A stretch of DNA of 64,000 nucleotides from Torpedo marmorata. Taxonomy: Eukaryota. Position 1 is the first letter of the stretch; each line of letters opens with the position of its first letter. Made by a program: the position numbers and the translations under genes. The stretch is taken from assembly GCA_977017645.1 (NCBI GenBank), contig OZ360241.1:70370001-70434000 (forward strand), written 5' to 3'. The notes under the pieces are model-generated. The model ran no database searches, was not told where the DNA came from, and saw nothing but the letters and a program-made list of their open reading frames with translations. Positions 1-11,244 of the stretch are shown here, piece after piece.

Positions 1-128
1 GAAGCCAACATCCCTTGAATGAATTTTCTTTAAAAATCATAAAAGGAAAGAAAGATAGAAACAAAATCTTTATGAAAAATAGGCTTGCAACCGAAATTAC
101 CTAAAAATTTGCTTGGGCAATTCTTAAG

Positions 129-378
129 AGCGGCACATAGTAGTTAGCACAATGCTATTACCGCGCCAGCAAGCCGGGTTTGAATGCAGCACTGTCTATA
201 AGGAGTTTGTACGTTCTCCCCATGACCTGCGTGGGTTTTCTCCAGGTGCTCCGTTTCCTCCCACCATATAAAAACATACAGCACTGGTAGGTTAATTGGG
301 TGCAAAAGGATGGCGTGGGTTTCAATAGCCGGAATCGGCTTCTACCATGCAGTAAATAAATTTTACATTAAAAAAAAA
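129..378 (+). mobile_element. tRNA-derived SINE (HE1/V-SINE-like)
   Basis: tRNA-like head (ggcacatagtagttagc...gggtttgaat), conserved core gagtttgtacgttctcccc...gtgggttttctcc, A-rich tail. Confidence 0.8.
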
Positions 379-779
379 TTAACATGCTGTGAAAACTTAA
401 AACTTGAGTGAATATCTGCTCTCAGCAGCAGAAGGTGAAAAAAAATGTTGAGTGGAAGTTGAAGAGTTGGATTACAAAGCCTGGGGACTGAAATTGATAC
501 TCTCCTTTCTGCAGTCAGTGTACACATTATGAAACCCTCGGTATGTTTTCTCTCCTAACAGTCAGAGACTTCACAGTCACTTCCAATTAATGGTATAATT
601 GATTAGTGACTGAAATGGATTTTCTTTAGAATGCCAATATAAATGGAAACCTGTTCTGTGGGCATTCAGAAGGAGGAAAAAAACATTTGATACCCCATTT
701 TCTGCTCATGGCATCAAAATAGATCATGTAATTCTTGTGTTTATAGAACATTGAGTTGCACAACAAGAAAGCAGCCCTC

Positions 780-1080
780 TCGGCCCAGCAGTTTTGACCG
801 ACCATCAAGTTCCCATTTGCATTAATTCCACATTAATCCTATTGTTCAGGCTAAATTCCCATTGATTCCCCCCACGTACTACCACTTATCCACACACCAG
901 GGACAATTTGCAGTGGCCTGTTAACTTACCAACTTGCACGCCTTTAGGATGCGGGAGGGGCCTTTAGGATGCGGGAGGGGCCTTTAGGATGCGGGAGGGA
1001 ACAAGATCACCCCGAAGAAACGTGCACAGCCACAGGGAGAAAGTGCCAAATCCACGCTGAGGTTCAGGATGGGACTTGGG
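780..1080 (-). mobile_element. Degenerate SINE of the same superfamily
   Basis: Reverse-strand core (cagggagaaagtgccaaatccac) and tail (ggcccagca). Confidence 0.55.
941..999. repeat. 20-bp tandem repeat, 3 copies
   Basis: (cctttaggatgcgggagggg)x3. Confidence 0.95.
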
Positions 1081-1122
1081 AAAATGGAGCTCTACTCAGT
1101 GCCCCACTGCCACCCATATTAA

Positions 1123-1498
1123 TTTCAGATTTAGATTTAGATTTACTGTCGGAGTACATACATGACATTACATATAACCCTGAGATTCTTTTTCTTGTGG
1201 GCGAGGCAGAATTACCATTTATTGATAGTGCAAAAAAACTGTACACAACGTACACATGTAAACAAATAAAGAAAAGTAAACAAACTGACTGTGCAATACA
1301 GAGAAAAAAATCAATAAAGTGCAAAAGTAAAAGTCCTTAAATGAGTCCCTGATTGAGTTTGTCGTTGAGGAGTCTGATGGTGAAGGGGTAGCAGCTGTTC
1401 CTGAACCTGGTGGTGTGAGTAATGTGGCACCTATACCTCTTAACTAATGGCAGCAGTGAGAACAGAGCGTGTGCTGGGTGACGTGGATCCTTGATGAT
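1123..1498 (-). mobile_element. Rex1/Babar-like LINE, family A, 3' fragment
   Basis: Same 3'UTR as 8917, 10291, 19550, 36461, 40717 and 53603, with a (tctaaa/tctgaa)n tail. Confidence 0.85.
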
Positions 1499-2130
1499 CC
1501 ATACTGCCTTCCTGTGTCAAAATACATCAAACAATTTCAAGGTGAAGCATGCCAAAGTTTACTGGGCCATTTAACTGGTTATCAAGCTGTGGCAACACTG
1601 ACTAGGCCACAGTTAGTTATTACCCAGTGGGTTGCTATCCTCATCAGTGGCTATTACAAGTCGACATGCAGTGTGCCAAAGATGTGTGATCTGTACCATG
1701 TCTTGTGTGTGTACTTTTTTATTTATTTTTTAAATTCTAGTATCAGGTCCTTTTCAGGCCCTGGTGTAACAGTGCACCAAGTGATGCCATTCATACTGGT
1801 GTACTGATACTGATAACATAGCGGTAGAAGGATGCTCACAGCTGAGTGTTTCTTTCCCACCTCTAATTCCATAAGGTCGAAAAGTGGATACTTTGCTTCT
1901 GTGTTCCATTTCAGAATCAAAACAAAATAATCAAAAACAAGGGAATGATGGCTCCGCTTACTGGTACACAGAATCAGTAATGGCACCTGTTAAATTGGAG
2001 GCAATTTGAGCTTTAAAGGAAAACTCAACGAGATTTCACCTGCATTGAGCGTTCACTCCGCAGGACTGACAATCTGTCATGTGCTCTCACCATTCTGTTT
2101 CATGTCAAAACACACAAGAAGGTCATTCAA

Positions 2131-2386
2131 ACATACATACATACAGACATACAGCACTGTAACAGGCCATTTCGGCCCACGAGTCCGTGCCGCCCAAGTT
2201 ACACCCCATTAACCTACACCCCCGGTACGTTTTTGAACGGTGGGATGAAACCGGAGCCCCCGGAGAAAACCCACGCAGACACGGGGAGAACGTACAAACT
2301 CCTTACAGACAGCGCGGGATTCGAACCTGGTCCGGTCCCAATCGCTGGCGCTGTAAAGGCGTTGCGCTAACCGTTACGCCAATCGG
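2131..2386 (-). mobile_element. tRNA-derived SINE, young full-length copy
   Basis: Reverse complement has A box (ggcgtaacggttagcgc), B box (ggttcgaatccc), V-SINE-like core and (tatg)n tail. Confidence 0.88.
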
Positions 2387-3633
2387 GTTCAAGCGGGCAC
2401 TCATCAGTCCCATCCATCCTAGTTCCCTGAAAGCCCAAAGCTTTTCCTCTCTCACGTGCCCGTCGACTTCGTTTAGCACTTGCCTTCCTGGGGGGATTCG
2501 CCAATTAACATACCTGCACATCTTTAGAATGTGGGAGGAACCCTGAGAATCCAGGTCATCATGAAAATAATGCAAACAGAGAGCGCCCAGGTCAGGATCC
2601 AATCAGGGTTGTTGGAGCTGTCATCCATTACTTTAACCCCCGTTCCAGCCTTTCAAAGGTCCATTCTGGAGAGAAAACCCCACTGAATTTCCCCCAAATC
2701 CTGTTTTGGGTCAAAAGGCATTGTGCATAAAAGAGGAAAGAAATTTATGAAAGGAGTTTTGCCAATCAGATATATCTTTCATCTGGAGATGAAAGGTGCT
2801 GTGATGAAAGTTGCACAATGGCATTGCTGATTGAAGCACAGACTTAACAACAGTAAAAAAAAACTATTTGAGGGTAAACCAATTTTCCTCATGTTTGATT
2901 ATTGGCTGAATATTCAGTGAGTCGTAAATCTTTCTGATATTTTAGTTGACCAAATTTACTGTATTTAAATATGTTTGCAGTTGGCTGAGTGTCATTAAAC
3001 ATGTGCATAAATAAGAATGATTAAATATCGAATGATCAAACAGATGTGGGACCGTTAATTAAATATGTAATAGTCAGATGCAGGAATAAAATGATTAAAT
3101 ATGTGCATGAATTAAAAGATCTTCTGAAAAATGAGATGAGATTTCCAGCTGCTCCAATGTGAAGTCTGAGACGCAATGGATGAAGATGTACTTTAGGAGA
3201 ATTTTATACAAAGGCTCTTTGCCAGATACTTCTGCTGCTGTGGTTTCCAGTTTAGTTGCAGCTTGGGGTAATTCCTTAACTCTGTGGCTCTGATGGCAGA
3301 GTCACGGACAGTAGTGGCTATCTTCCTGCTCATGTGTGAACACTTGGATGAGGCTGATCTGTTTTTCAAGTGTTTTTTTGTGAAGGCTTGGTCAAGGACT
3401 CGGGCCATTGTGTCAAACACAGAGCAAAGTTCACGGCATCATATCCAACAGCGTCACGGGTCCACAACCTTGAGCGATGACCTGAATGGAATGACACTGG
3501 GTCAGCCAGCCTGAAGCCTCTTTTGATCTCAGAATTTTTTGTGGTTGGCGATAAGCTTCCGAAGAAAGATCACACGTACCTTGCATATTTCTGCCATCAC
3601 AACCTTACAGCCCAGAGCTATCTTCAAGGTCAC

Positions 3634-4029
3634 TGAAAAACTGTTATCAGGTATTGTGCCGCAGGGTAAAGTCAGGAGCTGTTAAGCACCAAAAAATTTA
3701 CCCATCTCCCTGTCTTATCTCTCATTCGCCTAGTCGAGTAGGGATGAGTGCCTGTTTGAACCCGGCGAACCAAATGACCTACTTGCGTGTTTTGACATGA
3801 AATAGAGTGGTGAGAGCACATCACAGATTGTCAAGGCTGTTGAGTGAAAACTCATTGCGGGAACAATCCTTTAAGGCCCAACTTGCCTCCAATTTAACAG
3901 ATGCCACAGAGGGCACTCATCCCTACTTGTGTTAGGTGAATGGGAGACGGGTAAAATTTCTGGTGCTTAACAGCTCCTGACTTTACCTGACGATATCCCT
4001 GCAGCACAATACCTGATAACAGTTTTTCA
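3634..4029. repeat. Inverted repeat / MITE-like fold-back, arms about 118 bp
   Basis: 3634-3752 (tgaaaaactgttatcaggtattgtg...gggatgagtgcc) pairs with 3912-4029 (ggcactcatccc...cacaatacctgataacagtttttca). Confidence 0.8.
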
Positions 4030-4305
4030 TATCCAGTGCCGGCAAGGATGTTTGACTTCATGGGGAATGACAGGTGGCATTAATACCATCCCCTTCCTAT
4101 TGTGTCCCTGAATCTGTGGCTTCAAATCCCACTGTCGGTCATGTATATGTACCCACGATGCTGCTAGATATTAACATCCTGCCACCTGCTGCAGTGCAAT
4201 TATAAAGCTATTTTTGATTGTTTTCCTGGTTGTGATCCAATATGCTAGTCCATCAAGGGAGTCCAAATTGTAGCGTTTCCCAATCAGTTAAGGTGCCAGG
4301 TTAGA

Positions 4306-4609
4306 CTGTTGAGTTTTTCCAGCACTTTTGTGTATCGCACTATATAAATGGATGTTCTTTTACCTGACTTTACTTCCTTAATTGTTTTTAAATTCTGGTT
4401 TAATTTAATTTTAGTGACACAGCATGGTAGAAGGCCCTTTTGAGTGAAATTGGAGAGTTAAGTGTTTCATGGGCTGAAAGGGCCTTCTACCATGCTGCGT
4501 CATTAAAATTAAATCAAACCAGAATTTTAAAACAATTAAGGAAGTAGTCAGGTAAAAGAACATCCATTTATATAGTGTGATACACAAAAATGCTGGAGAA
4601 ACACAACAG
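4306..4609. repeat. Fold-back palindrome, arms about 135 bp, 36-nt loop
   Basis: 4306-4440 is the reverse complement of 4477-4609 with few mismatches. Confidence 0.9.
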
Positions 4610-4975
4610 GTCACACAGCATCTATTGGAAGTAAAGGGTAACGATACTTCTGTGGTAAACCACTGTAAATACCTGTATATATGTTTATGGTCGTCTGGAC
4701 ACGCCCCTTACTGGTTGTACCTGTGGCTCCCCCCACAGACCCCTGAATAAAGGCTATTGTGCCACAGCTCCCTCCCCAGTCCAGCTCAGACGACCACCAG
4801 GAGTGTACATCCATTCCAATGTGAATAAAAGCCTATCAGTTCCCGTCTAACTTCTAGTCTTTGGAGTTATTGATAGTGCATCAACTTCCTACAGAGGCTG
4901 CATAACCTGCTGAGTTTCTCCAACACTTTTGTGTATTGCACTACAACCGCAGCATCTACAGACTTTTCTGTTTAA
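4576..4975. mobile_element. Penelope-derived terminal-repeat remnant (inverted ends) with nested solo LTR
   Basis: tacacaaaaatgctggagaaac ... gtttctccaacacttttgtgta; flanking direct repeat atccatttatatag at 4562-4575 and 4976-4989. Confidence 0.7.
4651..4883 (+). mobile_element. Solo LTR (Gypsy-like), 233 bp
   Basis: TGTGGT...GCATCA ends, internal AATAAA, perfect 5-bp TSD acttc (4646-4650 / 4884-4888). Confidence 0.88.
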
Positions 4976-6460
4976 ATCCATTTATATAGCACATTTTATG
5001 ACCCTCGAATGTCACAAGGTGTTTCGAAGCCAAATTATTTTTTTTTTTTTGTGTGTTGTAACTTGAGTATTGTGCACAGTTCTGTTCTCCCTACTCTGGA
5101 GATGTTGAAGAGGCAGTGGACGGAACACAGATAAAAATGGCTATTAAGTAATGTAGTGCTTAATTCAGGCACATGGGAAGCAGTTGAAGCCAGTTGCACA
5201 CATACATTTAAGGAGAAACTACGCCAACTAGGGGGAATAGAATAGAAAGATATACCAGTAAAGATTGATATAGAGAGGTGAGCTATATTATAGCATAACA
5301 CTGAGATAGACCTTTTTGCCAAATGGCCTATTTCTATACCGATAAATCTATGAAGATGGGTCTCATGTAGGAAAGCACAACTGTCAATTTGGATGACAAA
5401 AGGTCCTGCAAACAACATATAGATATAATTTAGTCCAGAGAGGAATATAAGCTAAAAACATTGGGTTCAGCATCCACATCTGAGCAAAAAGATTTAATGT
5501 CTTGTTTGAAATTAATGGTGAAACCACTCAACATAAAAAATGAATTGTTATTTCTGTAGTTGAACTTGGAGGTCACGTCTGAGATGTTTGCCTTCCGAAG
5601 AATAACAAACTCAGGTATCCTGTTCATTAGTGTTTAGGATGTGATGTTATCAGAGCTCTTTTAATAACGTTGACATTCTACGAACCAAAAACACATATTT
5701 CAGAAATTAGACTGCAGTCCCAACCCTCCTTATAACTCTGCAATTATTTTCTAATCTCTTTTCTCTAGTCCCACATCCCCTCTTAAAGTTGCAACATTTA
5801 TTTGCTGTCTCTATAAAGTTCAGGAATAAGTGCTACCAGGGCTGTGTTTTTGTCCTTTACTCTCTTACTCCAGCAGTGCAAGAGGAGTAGTGACTCTCAG
5901 AAGTACAGTTCACTTCAGCTATCAATTTCTTTCTTCTACAAATTTTATGCTTGTCATTTAAAAGGAAAGATATTCCCATTCGCCAATACTTGGTTTCACC
6001 AAGATGTTTGCCTTGAGGAGGGATATCATTGAAACATCGAATGCTGAAAGGCCTGGATACAGTGGATGTGGAGAGGATGTTTCCTGTGGTGGGGGGGGGG
6101 GGTTCTGGGCAGTGGCGTAGCTAGGGGGGTGCAGGGGAAACGACCGCTCCCCCTGAGCACATTTTTCAAAAGTGGCGCCTTTTCGCCTTGTCACCGACGA
6201 TCGGTACGTGTCTGTTCCGGGCCGTGTGTGTTCTTTAAAAGCGTCAAACAACTCAACGCCGTACCATTTTCTTAGCAGCATTTCAGCACTAATAATAATA
6301 ATAAACAATGTCGTTTAACCAGACATACCAGTAACTCCAGTTGCAGGCAAGCCCGTCCTCAGGACCCATTGAAGCAGCTTCAGTCGTGCATTCTTAAAGT
6401 GCATTCCATTATTAACATTTGGTACCAATTCCAGCCCGACATCTTATTGAAGTGCAATAA

Positions 6461-6720
6461 GGAGCTCGGGTTGCCGATCGTTTGGACTGGACTCTGTGTG
6501 GCTGCGGAAGCGCTGGAGTCGAATCTATGGACACTTGGTGACTCTGGGGGGACTCTCTTTTGCTTCTCTTTCTCTGACTGTAAGGAATGTTAGAGGCGCT
6601 TAGACAATTTCTGCCGGTGGTGAATCTGTCTGCCTTGCAGCAGACAAAAAGAAATTTCATAGAATATGACGCTGTCTTATTACTATGACAATAAATTGAA
6701 TCTTGAATCTTGAATCTTGA
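6461..6720 (+). mobile_element. GC-rich non-autonomous retroposon, 5'-truncated, nested in the hAT element
   Basis: Matches the 3' part of 50569-51434; ends atgacaataaatt(gaatctt)n. Confidence 0.88.
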
Positions 6721-6870
6721 AAGTCAACCATAAGTGAGCCGTTTGACGAAGGACCCCAGCGAAACTTTTGAAAACATTTTAAAGAGCAGCCGCACGGCGA
6801 GGCGCGAGACGGGCGCCAGCGTTCAATCGGAGGGAATCCCGTGTTCTATTGGAATGGCGGGGAATGGTCT

Positions 6871-7074
6871 ATGGGATCCGATTGGGAGATGGAGATTCCC
6901 AGCACCGATGACGCTAGTCCTGACTTCCCGTACAGGAATATGAAGGCAATCAAGGTGTCGGCAGCCCCCAGCATCGAGGACTTCATTATTATCAAACCCA
7001 TCAGCCATGGAGTGTTCGGTAAAGTGTACCTGGCTCGGAAAAAACACCCCAAGAGTAAGGTGTATGCAGTCAAG
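6871..7074 (+). pseudogene. MASTL: Captured exon 1 of Greatwall kinase (MASTL), kinase subdomains I-II, inside a DNA transposon
   Basis: Translation ...KAIKVSAAPSIEDFIIIKPISHGVFGKVYLARKKHPKSKVYAVK resembles MASTL [34 protein letters not shown]. Similarity stops at AVK, followed by a donor-like AAG|GCAAGT. No downstream MASTL exons were seen. Start codon could be 6871 or 6889. Confidence 0.8.
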
Positions 7075-7429
7075 GCAAGTACTGGATTCGGTGGTCAGCT
7101 GAAATACGATAGCTGAAGATTTACTGTAATCAAGACTAAATGAGCCACGTTATGTCTTTTGGTGTTCTAGTGCAGAGAGAAAGATTGTAATTTTCTCGTG
7201 ACATTTGGGCATGTGTAGGCGTGCTTGGTGGCAGTGGGGCAGAACACGCTTGTCCACGGCAGGTCTGTGGTCCTCGCGATTGATCCTGCGATGGGACCAC
7301 GTTGTTGGGCAGCGAGGCCAGACCGTCCCGCCCGCTCCGCTCACCAAGCCTCCACCTCTGGCCACTGTCCTGCGGCTTTCCACGGTCACCTGCCGACAAT
7401 GCCCGCTAGGTGCAGCAGGCTGCGAATGG

Positions 7430-7740
7430 GCAGAGGGAGGGGATAGGGGAGAAGGGAGAGAGGAGGGGTGGGAAAGGTGAGCGGGATCGGTGAGGGGGCG
7501 GAGGGAAGGGAGACGGAGGGAAAGGGGATGTAGGTAGGAGGGGAAGGGGAGGGAGGCGGATGAGTTGGGCAGCGAAGAGTGGAGAGGAGAGGTGGAGGGA
7601 GGATATGAAAAGAAGGGAAGGGGCTGGAGGGAGAGAAGGAAGGGATAGAGGAGGAGGTAGGTGGGTTGGGGAGGGAGGAGAGTGGGACTTTAGGTAGGAG
7701 AGAATGGGGAGGGAGGAGGGCTTAAAGCGGAGGGGGAAAG
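7430..7740. repeat. Purine-rich (GGA/GGGA) low-complexity tract
   Basis: About 300 bp almost entirely G/A on the + strand. Confidence 0.9.
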
Positions 7741-8916
7741 ATTCCCGACGGTACCTTGAGCTTTGCAAGAATGAAGCCAAGACGAAAGAGGCTGTTGTAG
7801 TTGATTTGTTAAATACAAAATAAAAATGTATAATGAATTTTAAATTATTTGGTATGTGTCGTGGATGTGCGCACATTAATTTCCTTTGTGCGCACAGCTT
7901 TAAGGGAACAGTGGTAGTGGCACCTTTTTTATGTGCTCGCTCCCCCTAACGTTAAAACCTGGCTACGCCCCTGGGTCTGGGACCAGAGGGCACAGCCTCA
8001 GAATGGAAAAATGTCACATAAGAACAGAGATGAGGAGGAATTTCTTCACGCAGAGGGTGGTGAATTTGTGGAATTCAGTGCCTCGGACAGCTGTGGAGGT
8101 CAAGTCTTTGGGGATATTTAAGGTGAGGTAGATATGTTCTTGATCAAGAAGGGAATAAAGGGTACGGGGAGAAAGCAGGAGAATGGGGTTCAAAAGGATA
8201 GTAAATCAGCCATGATGAATGGCGGGGAAGACTCGATGGGCTGAATGGCCTGATTCCACTCCTGTGTCTTATGGTCTATTATGTCAGATTAACTGCACAA
8301 TAAATTCCCCAGCATCTGTAATACATCTCATCCCACGTATTTTATAATGTATCGATGGAATATTTTTCATTTCCCCTCAAATTAAGGAATTTTGTGATAT
8401 GCATTGATTGCAGTGTGTTTGATGTACTGCATCAACTCACGACAGGTTTTCTGTGGGAGCACTCCAAACGCACAGTGTTTATTTCCTTCAAGATATGGGT
8501 CTCCTAGATGAGGTCAACATTTGATTCCTCCCATTAATTCTCCTTGAGGGATCAGTAGTGAATCACTGCTGTCCTGCTTAGGTGGTAACACTGCTATGAG
8601 CTAAGGCTTTTGCCCCAAGACAATAATAATATTCACACTCTTATTTCCTTCCAATGTTGAAGGAGGTCGTTTGGCCCTTCGATTTAATGCTGGCCGTCAG
8701 AACAATCCCATCAATCCCATTTCGTCACTCTCTCACATGCCTATCAACTCCTCTCCCACCTACACTTGGGATAATTTGCAGCAGCTAATCAACCTCTCCG
8801 CACGCATATCATGGGGACATGGGAGGAATCCAGAGCACCCAGAGGAAACCCACATGGTCTCAGGGAGAACGTGCAAACTCCATCCAGGCAGCACCAGAGA
8901 TCAAGTTAAAACTTGG

Positions 8917-9411
8917 ATTCAGATTCAGATTTCAGATTTATTGTCAGAGTACATACATGACATCTCATACAACCCTGAGATTCTTTTTCCTGCGGGCGAG
9001 GCAGAATTACCACTTATTGGTAGTGAAGAAAAAAGCTGTACACAGCGTATACATGTAAACAAATAAAAAACTGTAAACAGATAACAAATGTAAACAAACT
9101 ATGCAATACAGAGGGAATTTTTTTTTAAATCAAGAAAGTGCACAAGTAAGAGTCCTTAAATGAGTCTCTGATTGAGTTTGTTGTTGAGGAGTCTGATGGT
9201 GGAGGGGTAGCAGCAGTTCCTGAACCTGGTGGTGCGAGTCTTGTGGCATCTATATTCTTTCCTGATGGCAGTAGCGAGAACAGAGCGTGTGCTGGGTGGT
9301 GTGGGTCTTTGATGATTGCTGCTGCTCTCCGACGGCAGCGTTCCCTGTAGATGTGCTCGATGGTGGGGAGGGTTTTGCCTGTGATGTCCTGGGCTGTGTC
9401 CACTACCTTTT
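8917..9411 (-). mobile_element. Rex1/Babar-like LINE family A, 3' fragment
   Basis: ORF 9125-9628(-) includes KVVDTAQDITG...IIKDPHHPAHALFSLLPSG; shared 3'UTR. Confidence 0.9.
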
Positions 9412-10290
9412 GGATCACTGGAACAGTGAGGGCAGCAGCTCTACCTGCTTCAACACTGTGTCGCCCTAATACGGGAGTATATTTACATGCTGAGGTGGTG
9501 TGCTGTGTGGGGTTCTCATCTCCCTGCTGCCTGCTTCTCTCCAGGCAGTCGTTGTGATTGGTTTGTGAGATGTTGACAGAGGAGCGAGTAGCTGCAGTGC
9601 ACTGGTAATGAACAGAGCGGATGTCCATAGCAAAATCTCCATCACTGAATATTCTGATGATACTGTCAGCAAATGAGCCAAGATGGTCAGGGGGGGGGTC
9701 TGTGTTTGTATTTGAGGGTGTATGTGGTTTTTTTTTTTACCTTTTTGTTGCTTGCTTTTGTATTTATTTACTTTACTTTTATATTCATGTGTACAGTATA
9801 TGTGTTGGTTTTTCTGTTAAAAAGGAAGGGGGGTATAACATAAATCTGTATAATGTGAACAAAGTTGTTTTATATTATGGAAAAAAAATCTCCATCACTG
9901 GATGGGCGGGAGGACAAGGCTTGTTGCATCTGCAGGGATATACTCTTCCAAAACATGCACACACATTCCTTTATTGTGTTAATTCAAAGTCAGAATCCCC
10001 AGCCTAACTTAATTCAGAAGGCAGCCTCCTTCTTGGTGATGGCCAGTGAATGCCCTCAATGTCCACACTGCAGAACACTTATTGTTCAGCCAATAGTTGT
10101 AGGGATGCTTCAAGCCTGCTGGTCTTTGGGATAAAAAGTCAACAAAGATCCCTAGGCATGCGTGAAATCCAGTGGACCACACTCAAAAGTAGCTTGTGTG
10201 AGTTACAAGGTGAGGTCTGCGTCTGACCATCTCGGGAGACAAACTCTCGACAGATCCTACCTACTCAGTCTGACCCTGTAAGTTAATTTA

Positions 10291-11016
10291 CATTTCAGAT
10301 TTATTGTCAGAGTACATACATGACATCACATACAACCCTGAGATTCTTTTTCCTATGGGAAAGTCAGAATTACCACTTATTGGTAGTGCAAAAAAAAATT
10401 GTACACAATGTACACATGTAAACAAAGAAATGTAAACAAACTGACTGTGCAATACTGAGAGAAAAAAATCATTAAAGTGCAAAAATAAGAGTCCTTAAAT
10501 GAGTCCCTGATTGAGTTTGTTGTTGAGGAGTCTGATGGTGGAGGGGTAGCAGCTGTTCCGGAACCTGGTGGTGCGAGTCTTGTGGCACCTATACCTCTTT
10601 CCTGATGGTAGCAGCGAGAACAGAGCATGCGCTGGGTGGTGTGGATCCATGATTGCTGCTGCTCTCCAACGGCAGCGTTCCCTGCAGATGTTCTTGATGG
10701 TGGGGAGGGTTTTGCCTCTGATGTCCTGGGCTGTGTCCACTACCTTTTGCAGGGCTTTGCACTCAGGGGTATTGGTGTCCCCATACCAGACCGTGATGCA
10801 GCCGGTCAGCACACTTTCCACCACACATCCGTAGAAATTTGCCAGAGTTTCCGATGTCATACCAAACATCCACAATCTCCTGAAGAAGTAGAGGCACTGA
10901 CGTGCTTTCTTCACTATGCAATTAGTGTGCTGAGTCCAGGAAAGATCCTCTGAGATGGTGACTCCCAAGAACGTAAATTTGCTCACCCTCTCCACCTCTG
11001 ACCCCCCAATAATCAC
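10291..11016 (-). mobile_element. Rex1/Babar-like LINE family A, 3' fragment
   Basis: ORF 10495-11016(-): VERVSKFTFLGVTISEDLSW...HALFSLLPSGKRYR...RFRNSCYPSTIRLLN. Confidence 0.92.
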
Positions 11017-11244
11017 TTTATCTAATTAATTGTAAATTAATACTTATTGTATTGATGCATTTGAGTAGCTGCAGCAATAAGATGAATTTCAGTGCACTTG
11101 TACATTTTACTTGTTTATGACAATAAATTCTCATCATCATGAGCATCATGATCTCCGTGTAGAAGCTAAGACCTCCCCTGGACTTACATCCTGAAATGAC
11201 TCAGGCTTTCTGCAGCAAAACAGCACTGACTCTGAAAATCTTTT

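Larger units (their letters stand above)
6110..7973. mobile_element. Non-autonomous hAT-type DNA transposon carrying cargo (Pack-type)
   Basis: TIRs cagtggcgtagctagg (6110-6125) and cctggctacgcccctg (7958-7973), 14/16 match. 8-bp TSD gttctggg (6102-6109) / ggtctggg (7974-7981). It interrupts a CR1 3' fragment that reads continuously across the insertion. No transposase ORF. Confidence 0.85.
6050..8280 (+). mobile_element. CR1 LINE 3' fragment (6050-6109 and 7974-8280), split by the hAT element
   Basis: gatgtggagaggatgtttcct ... gaccagagggcacagcctcagaat; peptide TRGHSLR...RRNFFTQRVVNLWNS is typical of the CR1 ORF2 C-terminus; tail ...cttatggtcta. Confidence 0.85.

Noticed and set aside
2300-2386. 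tRNA gene (also 26820-26897 and 129-190)
   Set aside because: These are tRNA-derived SINE heads fused to a SINE core and tail.
5100-5640. Possible old L1/Tx1 remnant on the minus strand
   Set aside because: Only vague peptide resemblance; cannot be supported without a profile search.
6841-7116. Functional MASTL gene at this locus
   Set aside because: Only exon 1 is visible, it is enclosed by TIRs and a TSD within a CR1, and the G-loop has non-conservative changes.
7406-7876. 156-aa Pro/Ser/Leu-rich ORF
   Set aside because: It is the translation of the complement of the purine-rich low-complexity tract.
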